A stretch of 64,000 nt of DNA from a virus. Below the pieces are notes generated by a model that was given only the letters and a program-made list of their open reading frames with translations, did no database searches and had not been told where the DNA came from. Each line of letters begins with the position of its first letter. Position 1 is the stretch's first letter. Location of the stretch: IMG/VR virus record IMGVR_UViG_3300002835_000026; one strand, given 5' to 3'. The position numbers were made by a program, and so were the translations under genes. Positions 50,456-60,975 of the stretch are shown here, piece by piece.

Positions 50456-51459
50456 TATCTGTCTAAATTAATTAATATTGTTGTATCTGTAGTAGGTGAT
50501 ACAGGTAAGGGTTGGGATAGTTTTCCTACTGCTAATAAGTTTTGATTTTCATCATATAAACCTACTGTTGTTACATAAGGTGAAAAATAAGAACCTGTTA
50601 CGTTATCTGTTAAATATTGTCCTGGAGTAAAGAAAGTACCCATTGAACTTGATATTAATGTACTACCTGAGGATAAACTTGGATTTTGAGAAAAATTAAA
50701 TTCATTTTCTCTCATTGTACATTTATATTGTGTTTCATATATTTTATATGAACTAGAGAATGAACAAGTTATATTGCTACCAGTAACATATTCTAAAATT
50801 GAAGTATTATCTCCTGCTTGACCACCATAAAGTGTATTACCATAAGTTACAAATCCATATCCTATAGGATTAGAAGTTGTAATAGTTATAAGTCCTTGAT
50901 AATAAAATATATTACCTATAATTTCTAAGTTTTCATCTATTATATTACCTTCTCCATCATCTGTTATGCTACCACTAGGTGTAGTATAAACAAATGACTT
51001 AGGTTGAATATAATCTCCAAATAAACGTGAAGGAATAGATATAACACCTATAATATCATTTGAACCTGTAGGAAAATATCTTTGGTAAGTTAATGTAGTT
51101 TGTAAGTAGTTAAAATAGTTAGGTGTTTGTGTGGTACCAACATATCTATCTCCTGCTGTATCAGCTCCAGGTATTAAACTAGCTGTATTTACATTATCAC
51201 CATAACTTGAACTTAAGTAGTTTGTATAATATAATTCTTTAATTGAATTATATACTAAACTTTGATATTGAGTTGATACTTGTCCTGTTGTAGGAGCAGA
51301 AGCAAGATTAAAAGCTCCTGTTATATTAGTTCCTAAAAATCTATCAATTCCAACACCAGAAGCAGTTAATGCGGCTGCTCCCTCGAAGTTGAATGCTTTA
51401 TTCACTTCGAAGGGAGTTACTACGATATCAGATGCTAAAAATTGTTTGTAAGCGCCCAT
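50455..51459 (-). CDS. Tail/baseplate structural protein (paralog of 51463..52497)
   Basis: C-terminal EFNFSQNPS...YVTTVGLYD...LLAVGKLSQP. Confidence 0.65.
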   Translation of the reverse strand: MGAYKQFLASDIVVTPFEVNKAFNFEGAAALTASGVGIDRFLGTNITGAFNLASAPTTGQVSTQYQSLVYNSIKELYYTNYLSSSYGDNVNTASLIPGADTAGDRYVGTTQTPNYFNYLQTTLTYQRYFPTGSNDIIGVISIPSRLFGDYIQPKSFVYTTPSGSITDDGEGNIIDENLEIIGNIFYYQGLITITTSNPIGYGFVTYGNTLYGGQAGDNTSILEYVTGSNITCSFSSSYKIYETQYKCTMRENEFNFSQNPSLSSGSTLISSSMGTFFTPGQYLTDNVTGSYFSPYVTTVGLYDENQNLLAVGKLSQPLPVSPTTDTTILINLDR

Positions 51460-51462
51460 TCA

Positions 51463-52497
51463 TTAGAAATCTAATTTTACTCTAATAAGAGCTTCTTTTG
51501 TAAAGTCTTTTAATAATGGTCTAGATAATTTTGCTACCGCTAATAATTCGTTAGTATCGTTATATAAACCTACTGTTGTAATGTAAGTTTGTGGGTTATT
51601 AATAAATGAAGGATATAATACCTCACCTGTTGAACCTGAAATGAATGATGGATTTTCTGAGTAATTAAATTCTGCACTTCTAGGTCTTACAAATATAAAA
51701 TCTGAAGTAATTGTTTCTTGAGAATTAATTGTAAATGTAGCGGCTGTTGAACCACTTATGGCTCTATATAATTTTTGATTATTACTACCTGTTGAATTTG
51801 ATACTATACTATAATTTAATCCAATACCACCTGAAGCTACTGAGCCACTTAATGCTGCTGGGTTTAATAAAATAGTTCCAATATCTGGTAATAACCAACC
51901 ATATGAACCTGAGTTTAAACTAAATCCATCAGTTGTTGTAGATGCTGTAGTTACTTTAACACCTGCTGAACCTGAAATTAATTGAAATACCCTACCAGCT
52001 TCATTAAATGTTTGAGAAGCAACATAATTACTATTATCAGTTAAAGATATAACTCCTAAACTACCTGATAATTCTAATGTTAAAGAACCAGGGAATAATG
52101 ATTGTTTATATCTTGCTCTTTCAAATGATATAGCCCAAAATTGTGAAGAAGTAAATGCTCCAAATACAAAATTTGTATTTTCATCTCCTAATACTATATT
52201 TTGGTATTGACCATAAACTGTTGAAGTAGGTGATAATCCATTTACTGCTGAGTTATATAATGTACTTCCGCTTCCGGCTGAGTTACCATAAGCTACCGCA
52301 AATTGAATTGATGCAGTAGATGATGTTTGAGGATCAGCTTGAAAAACATTTAAATAATAATCTCCACTTGAACCAGCTTCTTGAACTGATGAAGTAAAAA
52401 ATGTAGTTAATGTAGGTATAGCTCCAGTCCATAACGTTGCTGTTATTGAGTCTGAACTTACTACAAAATCTGATGGATCTAATCTATTAAAAGACAT
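51463..52497 (-). CDS. Tail/baseplate structural protein
   Basis: C-terminal EFNYSENPS...YITTVGLYN...LLAVAKLSRP. Confidence 0.65.
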   Translation of the reverse strand: MSFNRLDPSDFVVSSDSITATLWTGAIPTLTTFFTSSVQEAGSSGDYYLNVFQADPQTSSTASIQFAVAYGNSAGSGSTLYNSAVNGLSPTSTVYGQYQNIVLGDENTNFVFGAFTSSQFWAISFERARYKQSLFPGSLTLELSGSLGVISLTDNSNYVASQTFNEAGRVFQLISGSAGVKVTTASTTTDGFSLNSGSYGWLLPDIGTILLNPAALSGSVASGGIGLNYSIVSNSTGSNNQKLYRAISGSTAATFTINSQETITSDFIFVRPRSAEFNYSENPSFISGSTGEVLYPSFINNPQTYITTVGLYNDTNELLAVAKLSRPLLKDFTKEALIRVKLDF

Positions 52498-52507
52498 ATG
52501 TTATATA

Positions 52508-53167
52508 TTAAGCTGTTTTTGTTACTGTTACTGGGATTGTTTGTCTTGCACCACTATCTCTACCTACTATTGTTAATGTAGCTTGTAATTGAGTATAAGT
52601 TTGGAATAATGTGTTCACTGTTGTAGCTCTTAAATTAAGTACTGTTCCTACTACTGTTTGAGATATTGTTGTACCTAATGTTGTAGTTGAATTAGATACA
52701 TTTAATGCTGTTACAGCGGGTGAATTAACTCCTACACCTTCAAATGTAGAAAATAATCTAACATCTGAGATTGTAAATGTGTATCCTGATGGTTCAACTG
52801 TGTTAGCTCCTAAATAATTTAATGTTTGAGGTGAAATTGCTTGTGAAGCACCTTGTGGTAAACTAATTGAAGGAGGTACTGATAATATAGGTAATCTAGC
52901 TGTACCACGAGGTAAAGTTACTAACTTATATTTCATAGTTTGAGTAGTTTCAGCAAACGCTTCTAATAAAGGCATGTTTTCAATTGCTTGACCATAGTAA
53001 GCAGAACCTGATGGATTGTTTGGATTATATAAAGTATAATCAATTTCATCATCAGCTAAAGCAAATTGTGTGATTCTAAACGTTCCGTCGTTTTGAGCTA
53101 GTAACTGACGACCTGTTGTTGTTAATATCGCGTCAACTGTTACTATAGTATTATTTAAATATCCCAT
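52508..53167 (-). CDS. Tail/baseplate structural protein
   Basis: DAILTTTGRQLLA...ITQFALADDEIDY; late motif at 53183-53192. Confidence 0.65.
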   Translation of the reverse strand: MGYLNNTIVTVDAILTTTGRQLLAQNDGTFRITQFALADDEIDYTLYNPNNPSGSAYYGQAIENMPLLEAFAETTQTMKYKLVTLPRGTARLPILSVPPSISLPQGASQAISPQTLNYLGANTVEPSGYTFTISDVRLFSTFEGVGVNSPAVTALNVSNSTTTLGTTISQTVVGTVLNLRATTVNTLFQTYTQLQATLTIVGRDSGARQTIPVTVTKTA

Positions 53168-53206
53168 TGGTTATTATTTTTGTTATAAATATATACAAAT
53201 TTTATT

Positions 53207-55639
53207 TTATATTAAATTTTGAGTTAGTATATTTTGAATTATTGTGTCTACTTCTTTAGTAACATATTGTGGTTTTAAAATACCATTACCTGTACTACTA
53301 GAACTACCACTTTTATCTTGCAATGGATAATTTACATTAAGTAAAATACTTGATGGATCATCTACATATCGTCTTAATAAGAAACGATCTAAGTTAACTC
53401 CATTTGGTATTTCTTGATCTAAATTAAGTATCATTTGGTTATTAGCTGATTCAGTAACAGTAGTAATAATAAATGATAATTGTTCTAATCCTTCAAATCG
53501 AATTTCATCATATATTTGAGGTTCAAAATCTAAGTTAATAGGTTTAAATCCACTATTTGCTATATCTTTTTGTTTTTGATTTCTATAAATATTTAAACCT
53601 TCAGATGCTGTACTAGCTAATAATATATTAGCGGATGAACCTGTTGTCCAAAATGGAGCTTTTGCTAAACCAGTATTTGGAGCTGGGTATTGAGTTATCC
53701 AAAAATATGAATTATTATTTAAATATACTGGACTTTGAGTAGGTATGGCTTGGGGAGGTGAATCATATTTAAATACTTCAGTACTGGTAACAGCTACTCT
53801 ATATAATGAAGAAGTTGTGGCATTACGTTCTTGATAAAAAATATTAGCGTCTCTACTAACTCCTAAATCCTTTACGTTTTGAGGGGTAAAAGCATAATTA
53901 ACTTGAGTTGTCGCTAAATCACTCCAACTAGATCCTCCATTAATTGATTTTTGTAAAGCATAAGTGACTGTAACAGCAGTAATAGTATTAGATACTAATT
54001 TAACACGAAAATCTAAAATATATCCTTCTGTTTTTAAATTAGTTAAAGATCCTGTAGGATTATAAATACTACCAGAATAAGCGATAAAAATATTATCACG
54101 TAAACTTCCTGAAGATCCTATATTTACAGAGGTAAAATGAAGTCCAGCAGGTAATGCCATTCCTACTGAAAGGGGTTGGCTAGGGGTTATTATATCTTCT
54201 GTACCTGCCGCATACATCATATAATCATTTTTAGTCACATTAGGACCTTGTTCTCCTTGAACAAATGACATTGTTGTTGTGTAACCAAATCCTGTTACAT
54301 TACCACTAACATCATAACTAGCAGTTTGTGTATATAAAATAGGTTCAATTCTATATCCACTTTTAAAAAGAGGCCACTGACCATTTAGTGTTGATAAATC
54401 AGATCCTGATACTTCTACATTATTTAAAAAAAGAGAAGCATTAGATTGATTATGTGTTCTATTATTTATTGAAGGTGTTGATTCTGGAAATGTTTGGCGA
54501 ATTGTATTTAAATTTATATTGTCAGTATCATTAATAGGTTTTGTGAGATTATTATTACTATCAATAATATATTCAATATTAACTTGAGTTAAATCAACAT
54601 TATTATTACCCCATTGAGGTGAAGTACCATTTAAACTTTTAAATGAAACAAAATTTACTTCAGGATTACTTACATTAGGTACTTTACCATAAGATATATC
54701 ACCTTCTGTCCATACATTTATAGCCGCTGAAGATAATTCTTTACCAATATATCTTGGACTAGTGTTAGCAAATGTTGTATAGTTTGAGTCTTGTACTGCT
54801 GCTCTAGTTGCTGATCCTGATATGATTTGTACTTGGTTTACAGCTTGTACAATATTAGTAGAATAATCTACATCCATATAAAGTTCACTATAGCGAGGTA
54901 TAACAGCATTTCCTGCTAATACATTATATTCACTAACATAAAAATTTTCATCAATATATGGTTGTAAAACAACTAAATCTGAAACAGAAGCTGTAGGTGG
55001 TACTGATTGAGTAGCAAAATAACTTCCTGTAAATTGAGCATCAGCTCCAGGAGAAAAAGTTAAATAAAAATATTCTCCAGTTATTGGGACTGTTGTAAAT
55101 GATGATGTCATTATAGTTCTAGGATTTCCTGTAGGGAAAAAATAACTTTGTGAAGCTACAATTCCATTAAGATTAGAAACTATACGTAAAACAGAGGTAA
55201 CTTCATCTGCTGATGAAGTAACAGAAGCTGACACTTTTATAATGATAGGTATATTAGGTTGATTTCCTAATGTGTATCTACCATTACTCATATCAAAATA
55301 TCCTAAATTATCATAAGCTTCAGATCCATAAGGTATATAATTATTTAAAATATATGTTGTACCAACTGCAAAATCTCTAGTATACGAAGCTGAAAATCTA
55401 TAATTTAGTACTTGATTATCAGCTGATGAAGTAGCATTAGTTGGTGCTATCCCAAATAAGAAATAAGTATTATATTTTGAAATTGAAGTGACAGGATATT
55501 CTATTATACCTGTATCACTATAGTCAATTCTAATACTATTTAATTCTTGTAAAGACAAAGTATTATCCTTACCTTGATCGTCTATACGAGCAATTTTAAT
55601 AAATTTAACACCTTGTGAAAAAACGGGGGTATATGCCAT
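53207..55639 (-). CDS. Large virion (baseplate/tail) protein
   Basis: 810 aa, beta/Ser/Thr rich, in the baseplate cluster. Confidence 0.6.
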   Translation of the reverse strand: MAYTPVFSQGVKFIKIARIDDQGKDNTLSLQELNSIRIDYSDTGIIEYPVTSISKYNTYFLFGIAPTNATSSADNQVLNYRFSASYTRDFAVGTTYILNNYIPYGSEAYDNLGYFDMSNGRYTLGNQPNIPIIIKVSASVTSSADEVTSVLRIVSNLNGIVASQSYFFPTGNPRTIMTSSFTTVPITGEYFYLTFSPGADAQFTGSYFATQSVPPTASVSDLVVLQPYIDENFYVSEYNVLAGNAVIPRYSELYMDVDYSTNIVQAVNQVQIISGSATRAAVQDSNYTTFANTSPRYIGKELSSAAINVWTEGDISYGKVPNVSNPEVNFVSFKSLNGTSPQWGNNNVDLTQVNIEYIIDSNNNLTKPINDTDNINLNTIRQTFPESTPSINNRTHNQSNASLFLNNVEVSGSDLSTLNGQWPLFKSGYRIEPILYTQTASYDVSGNVTGFGYTTTMSFVQGEQGPNVTKNDYMMYAAGTEDIITPSQPLSVGMALPAGLHFTSVNIGSSGSLRDNIFIAYSGSIYNPTGSLTNLKTEGYILDFRVKLVSNTITAVTVTYALQKSINGGSSWSDLATTQVNYAFTPQNVKDLGVSRDANIFYQERNATTSSLYRVAVTSTEVFKYDSPPQAIPTQSPVYLNNNSYFWITQYPAPNTGLAKAPFWTTGSSANILLASTASEGLNIYRNQKQKDIANSGFKPINLDFEPQIYDEIRFEGLEQLSFIITTVTESANNQMILNLDQEIPNGVNLDRFLLRRYVDDPSSILLNVNYPLQDKSGSSSSTGNGILKPQYVTKEVDTIIQNILTQNLI

Positions 55640-55642
55640 ATA

Positions 55643-58600
55643 TTAGTCTGCTGGAGATGAAGTAGAACCGGTATCATAAAATAAATATATTTGACCTGAT
55701 TCTGGTACTGTTGTATTTAATAAAAATATATCTGCTGATACTGTATTCGAATTGTAAAATACAGGAGAATAATTAGTTGGAGTTTTAGGATATTGTAAAA
55801 AGGTATTATTACCATTTAAATCACCATTAGTTACTTCTAAATTTGTTCCTTCTAATTCACCATTATAATCAAATTCATTAGTTACTAATTGTTCAAAATC
55901 ACCTACTGGTGTTATATTCACAGTATAATAAGCCGGTTCAGAATATATTAGAACATTTGAAAATTTAATATTAGCATTATCACTGTCATTTTTTATAGTT
56001 AAATATCCACTTGTTATATTAAATATTTCATTTAATGTATAATTAAGTGGTAATGATGATGTTGTATATATTAATTCATCTGTAGTAACATCACCATTAT
56101 AAAATTTTATAACTGCTGGTGTTAATGCTTCTTGTGATGATGATATATTACTAATGATACGAACTGGTCCTGTTAACTCCAAATTTAAAGTTAAAGTATT
56201 AGTGGCCGCTAAATTAAAAAATGATGAAGTATATATTAAATTCTCAGAATTACGAATTGATCCACCTTCACCTCCTTCAATATAACCCATCTGAACTGAT
56301 GAACCAGTAACTAAAATATTTTCAGTTAAATAAGGAATATTAGTTGATCCACTACCTATAAAGGCAATTGATGAGGTAATATTAGCTTGAGGTAATGGAT
56401 ATTTGTTACGTTCTAAAACGTGTTGTTTTACAACAACTCCTGCTGCTAAACTTGTTCTAGCAGGAACCCAATCTTGTAACATTTTAAATAATGAGTTATC
56501 AAAGAACTTAATAAGTCTTATATAATCCCATTCATCATAGTTGCTAGTATATTTTTCAAAATAAGCGTCTCTTAAATCATCTAAAGGAGGATATGATTCT
56601 TCTTTAGTTGGTACTAATCTTGGATCACCAATATATTCTCCAATATTAAAGTAACCTAATTGATCATAAATGTCAATATTAATTTCATCTTGAGGAGAAA
56701 ATGCTACTTCAACATAATCAATATCTCTAGTTACACTTTGTGATATTGGAGGATTTTGTTGTATTGAAATATAAGGAGATAAAGTACTGCCTGTAGGCAT
56801 TATCATACTTGCTACTTTAATCTTATCAGTGATAGGATTTTGAATACCTACTGCTGGTTGATTATAGTAAGCATATTCTGTATTAGAAGTAAATAATGGG
56901 GTTAAACTAGAAGTCCAACTATTATTACCTCCAGCAAATGAAGATGTAGCTATCCAAGAACCAGTTACTTTAGGATGTATTGATAACGAAGCAGTATACA
57001 ATTCTCCACCTAATGAAGCTCTAAAAGCTAATTGATTAGGTGTATCTTCTGATTCAATAGATTGAGGATTCATTATATAATCTTCAAATCTATTAACTGA
57101 TATAGGTTGAGTGTAATATCTAATTTCTTGTAATGAACCAGTTAAACTATTAGCTGGATATTCATTATCTGTATTATAGAATGAACTAGTTACACTAGCT
57201 GATTCCCATAATCCTCCTACATAATTTACTGATGAAGAAGCTAAAAATCCTATAGTATTACCTTCAAATCCTTGATATATTTTATTACCTGCGTATATAT
57301 TGTAATTAGAACCAGTTTGGGTAACCATCACTGACCACCATCCACCATCAAAGAAAGGTAAATAAACACTAGCTGTAGTTGATAATGAATTATAAGAAGG
57401 ATAAAATACTAAATTAGCATATTGATTATAAGGGTTAGGAATTGATCCGCTATATGATCCTGATGTATATCCTGATCCTGTATATGTTAATACTATTCCT
57501 GCTCCTTCATCTACTCCGTCTGCTCTAACAAGCCATAAACTTTGAGATAATGGAATATTAGAAGTAGGTAAACCTTGGGTTTGAAATCTAAATTGTACAG
57601 TTGAAGGAGTGTTAGTTGCATTTAACGTATCCCAACTTGAATTTAAAGTCCATGGGGTAGTTATTACTCCAGAACCAGTAATTAAATTATAATTGTAAAT
57701 TTGTTTAAAATAATCCCATGTATTAGGATTTTTATCTTTACCACCATACTCACTTATACTTAAAATAGTTTCAGGAATACCGTATGTAGTAATTAATGCT
57801 CTTAAACCCTCATATGAACCTTTTTTCTTTAATAAGAATGGTAAATTGTGGTAAATACGCTTATAAGTTTCTTTATTAACATCATCTGTACCTACTAGAG
57901 ACGCTGTGTTAGAGGCGGTAACTATAAGGTTAATATACTCTAAACCGGTTGGAGCTGGTAATGTATTTGTAATATTAGGAATATTATATAAACTTCCTGA
58001 ATTAGTTAATCCTAAGAAAGCAGTATATAAATTATCTACTGAAAAATTGTTTTGATAAATTTTAACACCTAAATCTCTTAATATTTGAGCTACTAAGTCT
58101 TTAGATACTCCATAATTTAATCTGTTGTCAGCATTATATTTGTTAGTAACATCTTTAATATAAACCCAAATATCATCAAAGTATTGACCTATCATCTCAA
58201 TGAATAATTCATATTGAGCGTTTGCTGGGTCATCTAATAGATAGCTAGGAATACTATAAATTAAATTGTTACTATTTTCTAAATCATATTCTTCTGCCTC
58301 TACTAACTTAATATTTAACCAAGCTTGTGAAGCTGAAGCGTTTGTAGATAAATTATTATAAGGAGGAGTACTATTAGATTTAGGCCATGAATTACTTCCT
58401 GAGTCAAAATATAAGAAATATTCATAACCATCAAAATTAGTTATAATATCATTTATTTTACTATCCCAAATAGTTTGACTACCTGATGTATAATAATTAG
58501 TTGAACCTGTTGTATAACTACTACTAACACTATATTGTTCAATTAATACTAATTTATAGTAAAAATTTTCTATACGTGTTTGTGCTGAAGAAAAATTGCA

Positions 58601-59476
58601 AAAATTACTAAAATTATTATAATCTATATTAATTGAAATTCCTTTTTCAGCAAGTAAACTATTTAATTGATATTTTAAACTTGATGAATTATTTAATGAG
58701 GTTGTAGCTTTTAATGAAGAATAATTAATATAATCAGTTGAATTATTAATTTGATCACTAATATTTAAATTAGTATTAGGTCCTTTTAATTGTATAAACT
58801 CATCTAATGGTTGAAATACTTGAGTTATTTCAATTTGATAAGCTAAAGGTTCAATTATTGTTTCTGCTACCCAACATTGAGATTGTAAACTAAAATCTAA
58901 AGGAAGCGGATCATATAATTTAATTAATACTGTAGGATCATTTGGATTACTATTATCTAATAATACATTATTAGCAATAATAAGTTGATTTGATCCAAAA
59001 TCTAAGTAAAAATCTTTATAACCTCCAAAAGATTGACTAATTTGAATTTGTAATTCTAAAGAAGAAGATACAACATCAATATTAGGTATTTGAGTAGTGT
59101 TTAATCTAATTTCAGTTCTATCTGAACTGATTTGATCAATATAATAACGATTAAGAGCGTTAGATGATAATAATGGATTTAAAAAATTATAAACTGTATA
59201 GTATTGACCTTCTGTATATCCTTGAGTTTCTAAATCAATTTGAGGATCAATAGTTAATACATTTGCTCCTTGAAATGAATAACCACTATAGCCAATTTCA
59301 TTACTATATAAAATATTATTATTTAAATCATAAATAAAATACTCTATATAACTTGAAGAAACATTAAAATTATTAGTGACTTCAAAGCTAGATATTAAAG
59401 ATTCATCCTGAGGTGAATATGTTTGATATTCAAATGTTATAGGATTAACTGGTTGTATATTAACTATTTTACTCAT
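55643..59476 (-). CDS. Large baseplate wedge-like protein
   Basis: 1277 aa; RIYHNLPFLLKKKGS...LRALITTYGIP segment typical of baseplate wedge proteins. Confidence 0.6.
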   Translation of the reverse strand: MSKIVNIQPVNPITFEYQTYSPQDESLISSFEVTNNFNVSSSYIEYFIYDLNNNILYSNEIGYSGYSFQGANVLTIDPQIDLETQGYTEGQYYTVYNFLNPLLSSNALNRYYIDQISSDRTEIRLNTTQIPNIDVVSSSLELQIQISQSFGGYKDFYLDFGSNQLIIANNVLLDNSNPNDPTVLIKLYDPLPLDFSLQSQCWVAETIIEPLAYQIEITQVFQPLDEFIQLKGPNTNLNISDQINNSTDYINYSSLKATTSLNNSSSLKYQLNSLLAEKGISINIDYNNFSNFCNFSSAQTRIENFYYKLVLIEQYSVSSSYTTGSTNYYTSGSQTIWDSKINDIITNFDGYEYFLYFDSGSNSWPKSNSTPPYNNLSTNASASQAWLNIKLVEAEEYDLENSNNLIYSIPSYLLDDPANAQYELFIEMIGQYFDDIWVYIKDVTNKYNADNRLNYGVSKDLVAQILRDLGVKIYQNNFSVDNLYTAFLGLTNSGSLYNIPNITNTLPAPTGLEYINLIVTASNTASLVGTDDVNKETYKRIYHNLPFLLKKKGSYEGLRALITTYGIPETILSISEYGGKDKNPNTWDYFKQIYNYNLITGSGVITTPWTLNSSWDTLNATNTPSTVQFRFQTQGLPTSNIPLSQSLWLVRADGVDEGAGIVLTYTGSGYTSGSYSGSIPNPYNQYANLVFYPSYNSLSTTASVYLPFFDGGWWSVMVTQTGSNYNIYAGNKIYQGFEGNTIGFLASSSVNYVGGLWESASVTSSFYNTDNEYPANSLTGSLQEIRYYTQPISVNRFEDYIMNPQSIESEDTPNQLAFRASLGGELYTASLSIHPKVTGSWIATSSFAGGNNSWTSSLTPLFTSNTEYAYYNQPAVGIQNPITDKIKVASMIMPTGSTLSPYISIQQNPPISQSVTRDIDYVEVAFSPQDEINIDIYDQLGYFNIGEYIGDPRLVPTKEESYPPLDDLRDAYFEKYTSNYDEWDYIRLIKFFDNSLFKMLQDWVPARTSLAAGVVVKQHVLERNKYPLPQANITSSIAFIGSGSTNIPYLTENILVTGSSVQMGYIEGGEGGSIRNSENLIYTSSFFNLAATNTLTLNLELTGPVRIISNISSSQEALTPAVIKFYNGDVTTDELIYTTSSLPLNYTLNEIFNITSGYLTIKNDSDNANIKFSNVLIYSEPAYYTVNITPVGDFEQLVTNEFDYNGELEGTNLEVTNGDLNGNNTFLQYPKTPTNYSPVFYNSNTVSADIFLLNTTVPESGQIYLFYDTGSTSSPAD

Positions 59477-59829
59477 TATTGATTAATGCTACCTGTAGGA
59501 TTTAATATTTGTTCTTGTAAAGTTAAATTTTCTTGTCTTAATGATGTTACTTCCTCAATTAATGCTTGAATAGTATCATCACTATTACTAAAATCACCAG
59601 CGTATGCTTGGCTTGTTTTTATCAAATATTCATGTGAATTTGTATTACCATACTTAGGTATTTCAAAAAATAATGTTTGATAATTAGTAAAAAATTCAGC
59701 TATTGAAATAGATGGAGGAACAACTGAACTAGTAGCAGCTGGCTGTACTAGTTGAGTGAATGAAGTATCAATAACTTTTTCATATTGATCCTTTAAAAAA
59801 ACATTTTTATTTAAATTTACTTGTTCCAT
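59476..59829 (-). CDS. Hypothetical baseplate-cluster protein with C-terminal coiled coil
   Basis: 117-aa ORF. Confidence 0.6.
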   Translation of the reverse strand: MEQVNLNKNVFLKDQYEKVIDTSFTQLVQPAATSSVVPPSISIAEFFTNYQTLFFEIPKYGNTNSHEYLIKTSQAYAGDFSNSDDTIQALIEEVTSLRQENLTLQEQILNPTGSINQ

Positions 59830-60965
59830 TATCCATTAACTACCTTAAAGTAATAATCATCATTAAAAATAAGTACTGAACCACTAAAAATAGTTTTAAT
59901 TAATATTTGGTAATTTCTTTCTGGTTCTAAACCATTCATATACATTGTAAAGAAACTACCTGAAATATCTGTACTTAGTTTAGTATAAGGATCACTGAAA
60001 TCTATAATTACTTCGTTGGTAGATAAATCTTTTAATGACCAATATGATTCAGTAGGTAAATAATAATTTTGAAGATAAATTGACGCTGTTTGAAATACTA
60101 CTGGTGGGTATGTTGGTCTACAATTTACTCTAAATTTATTAATACTACCACTATAAAATGTACCTGGGTTTTCTCCTAATACAACAGTCATTTGATCTGT
60201 ATTAATAGTAGTGACAGTTGTTGAGCCAGTATAACTAGATGTATCATTCCATCTAAACTCTAATTGAGGAGGATAAATAGTATTAGTATCAATTGAGAAA
60301 AATTTAAATTCTACTTGAACATTAGGATTATCTATAAACTCATCTTGATTAGCTTGTTTAACTATGAATCCATTATTTGGTAAACTACTACTAGTATTAT
60401 AAGTATTAGTTAAACTACCTGTATACCAAGCACTTACTATATTTTTTACACTAACATTTAAATCAATATTATCTGAGTATTGAAATAATTGAGATGATGA
60501 TATATTATTATACCATACTCCTCCTCCAGGTGTTGTACTATATGAACCTGTAGAACCAGCATTAAAAGATGCTGTAGTCCATTGTATAGAACCTGAATAA
60601 TTAGTCCATACCCAAGAAACTCCATCTGTAGTTACTGGCTGATCTAAATATTTTCCTGTACCGTTATTCCAACTTTGTGAAGATGGAAAAATATCTATTG
60701 TAGTAGGTTCATTTAAACCTGTCACAACGGCCGCGTAACATTGTAAATAAGCATCCCATTGTCTTGCTCCTATTCTAGTACTAATAATACTATTCATTTC
60801 GTTTGAATCGAATTGAATTAAAAATCTACTAACTTCAGGATTTGGAACAAATGGACCAAATGTTGTTGTTGTTGCTTCTATGATCTCATCAATACCTGTA
60901 TTCATCTGTGGGAACATAGAATACATAGTTGCATCTTGAGTAGGAAATATTTTATATACTGCCAT
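59829..60965 (-). CDS. Virion protein, beta-sandwich (DNRLRE-like) domain
   Basis: DATMYS...NTG...SRFLIQFD...W...NNGFIVK...FFS...PPQLE. Confidence 0.55.
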   Translation of the reverse strand: MAVYKIFPTQDATMYSMFPQMNTGIDEIIEATTTTFGPFVPNPEVSRFLIQFDSNEMNSIISTRIGARQWDAYLQCYAAVVTGLNEPTTIDIFPSSQSWNNGTGKYLDQPVTTDGVSWVWTNYSGSIQWTTASFNAGSTGSYSTTPGGGVWYNNISSSQLFQYSDNIDLNVSVKNIVSAWYTGSLTNTYNTSSSLPNNGFIVKQANQDEFIDNPNVQVEFKFFSIDTNTIYPPQLEFRWNDTSSYTGSTTVTTINTDQMTVVLGENPGTFYSGSINKFRVNCRPTYPPVVFQTASIYLQNYYLPTESYWSLKDLSTNEVIIDFSDPYTKLSTDISGSFFTMYMNGLEPERNYQILIKTIFSGSVLIFNDDYYFKVVNG

Positions 60966-60975
60966 TATTTAATTA

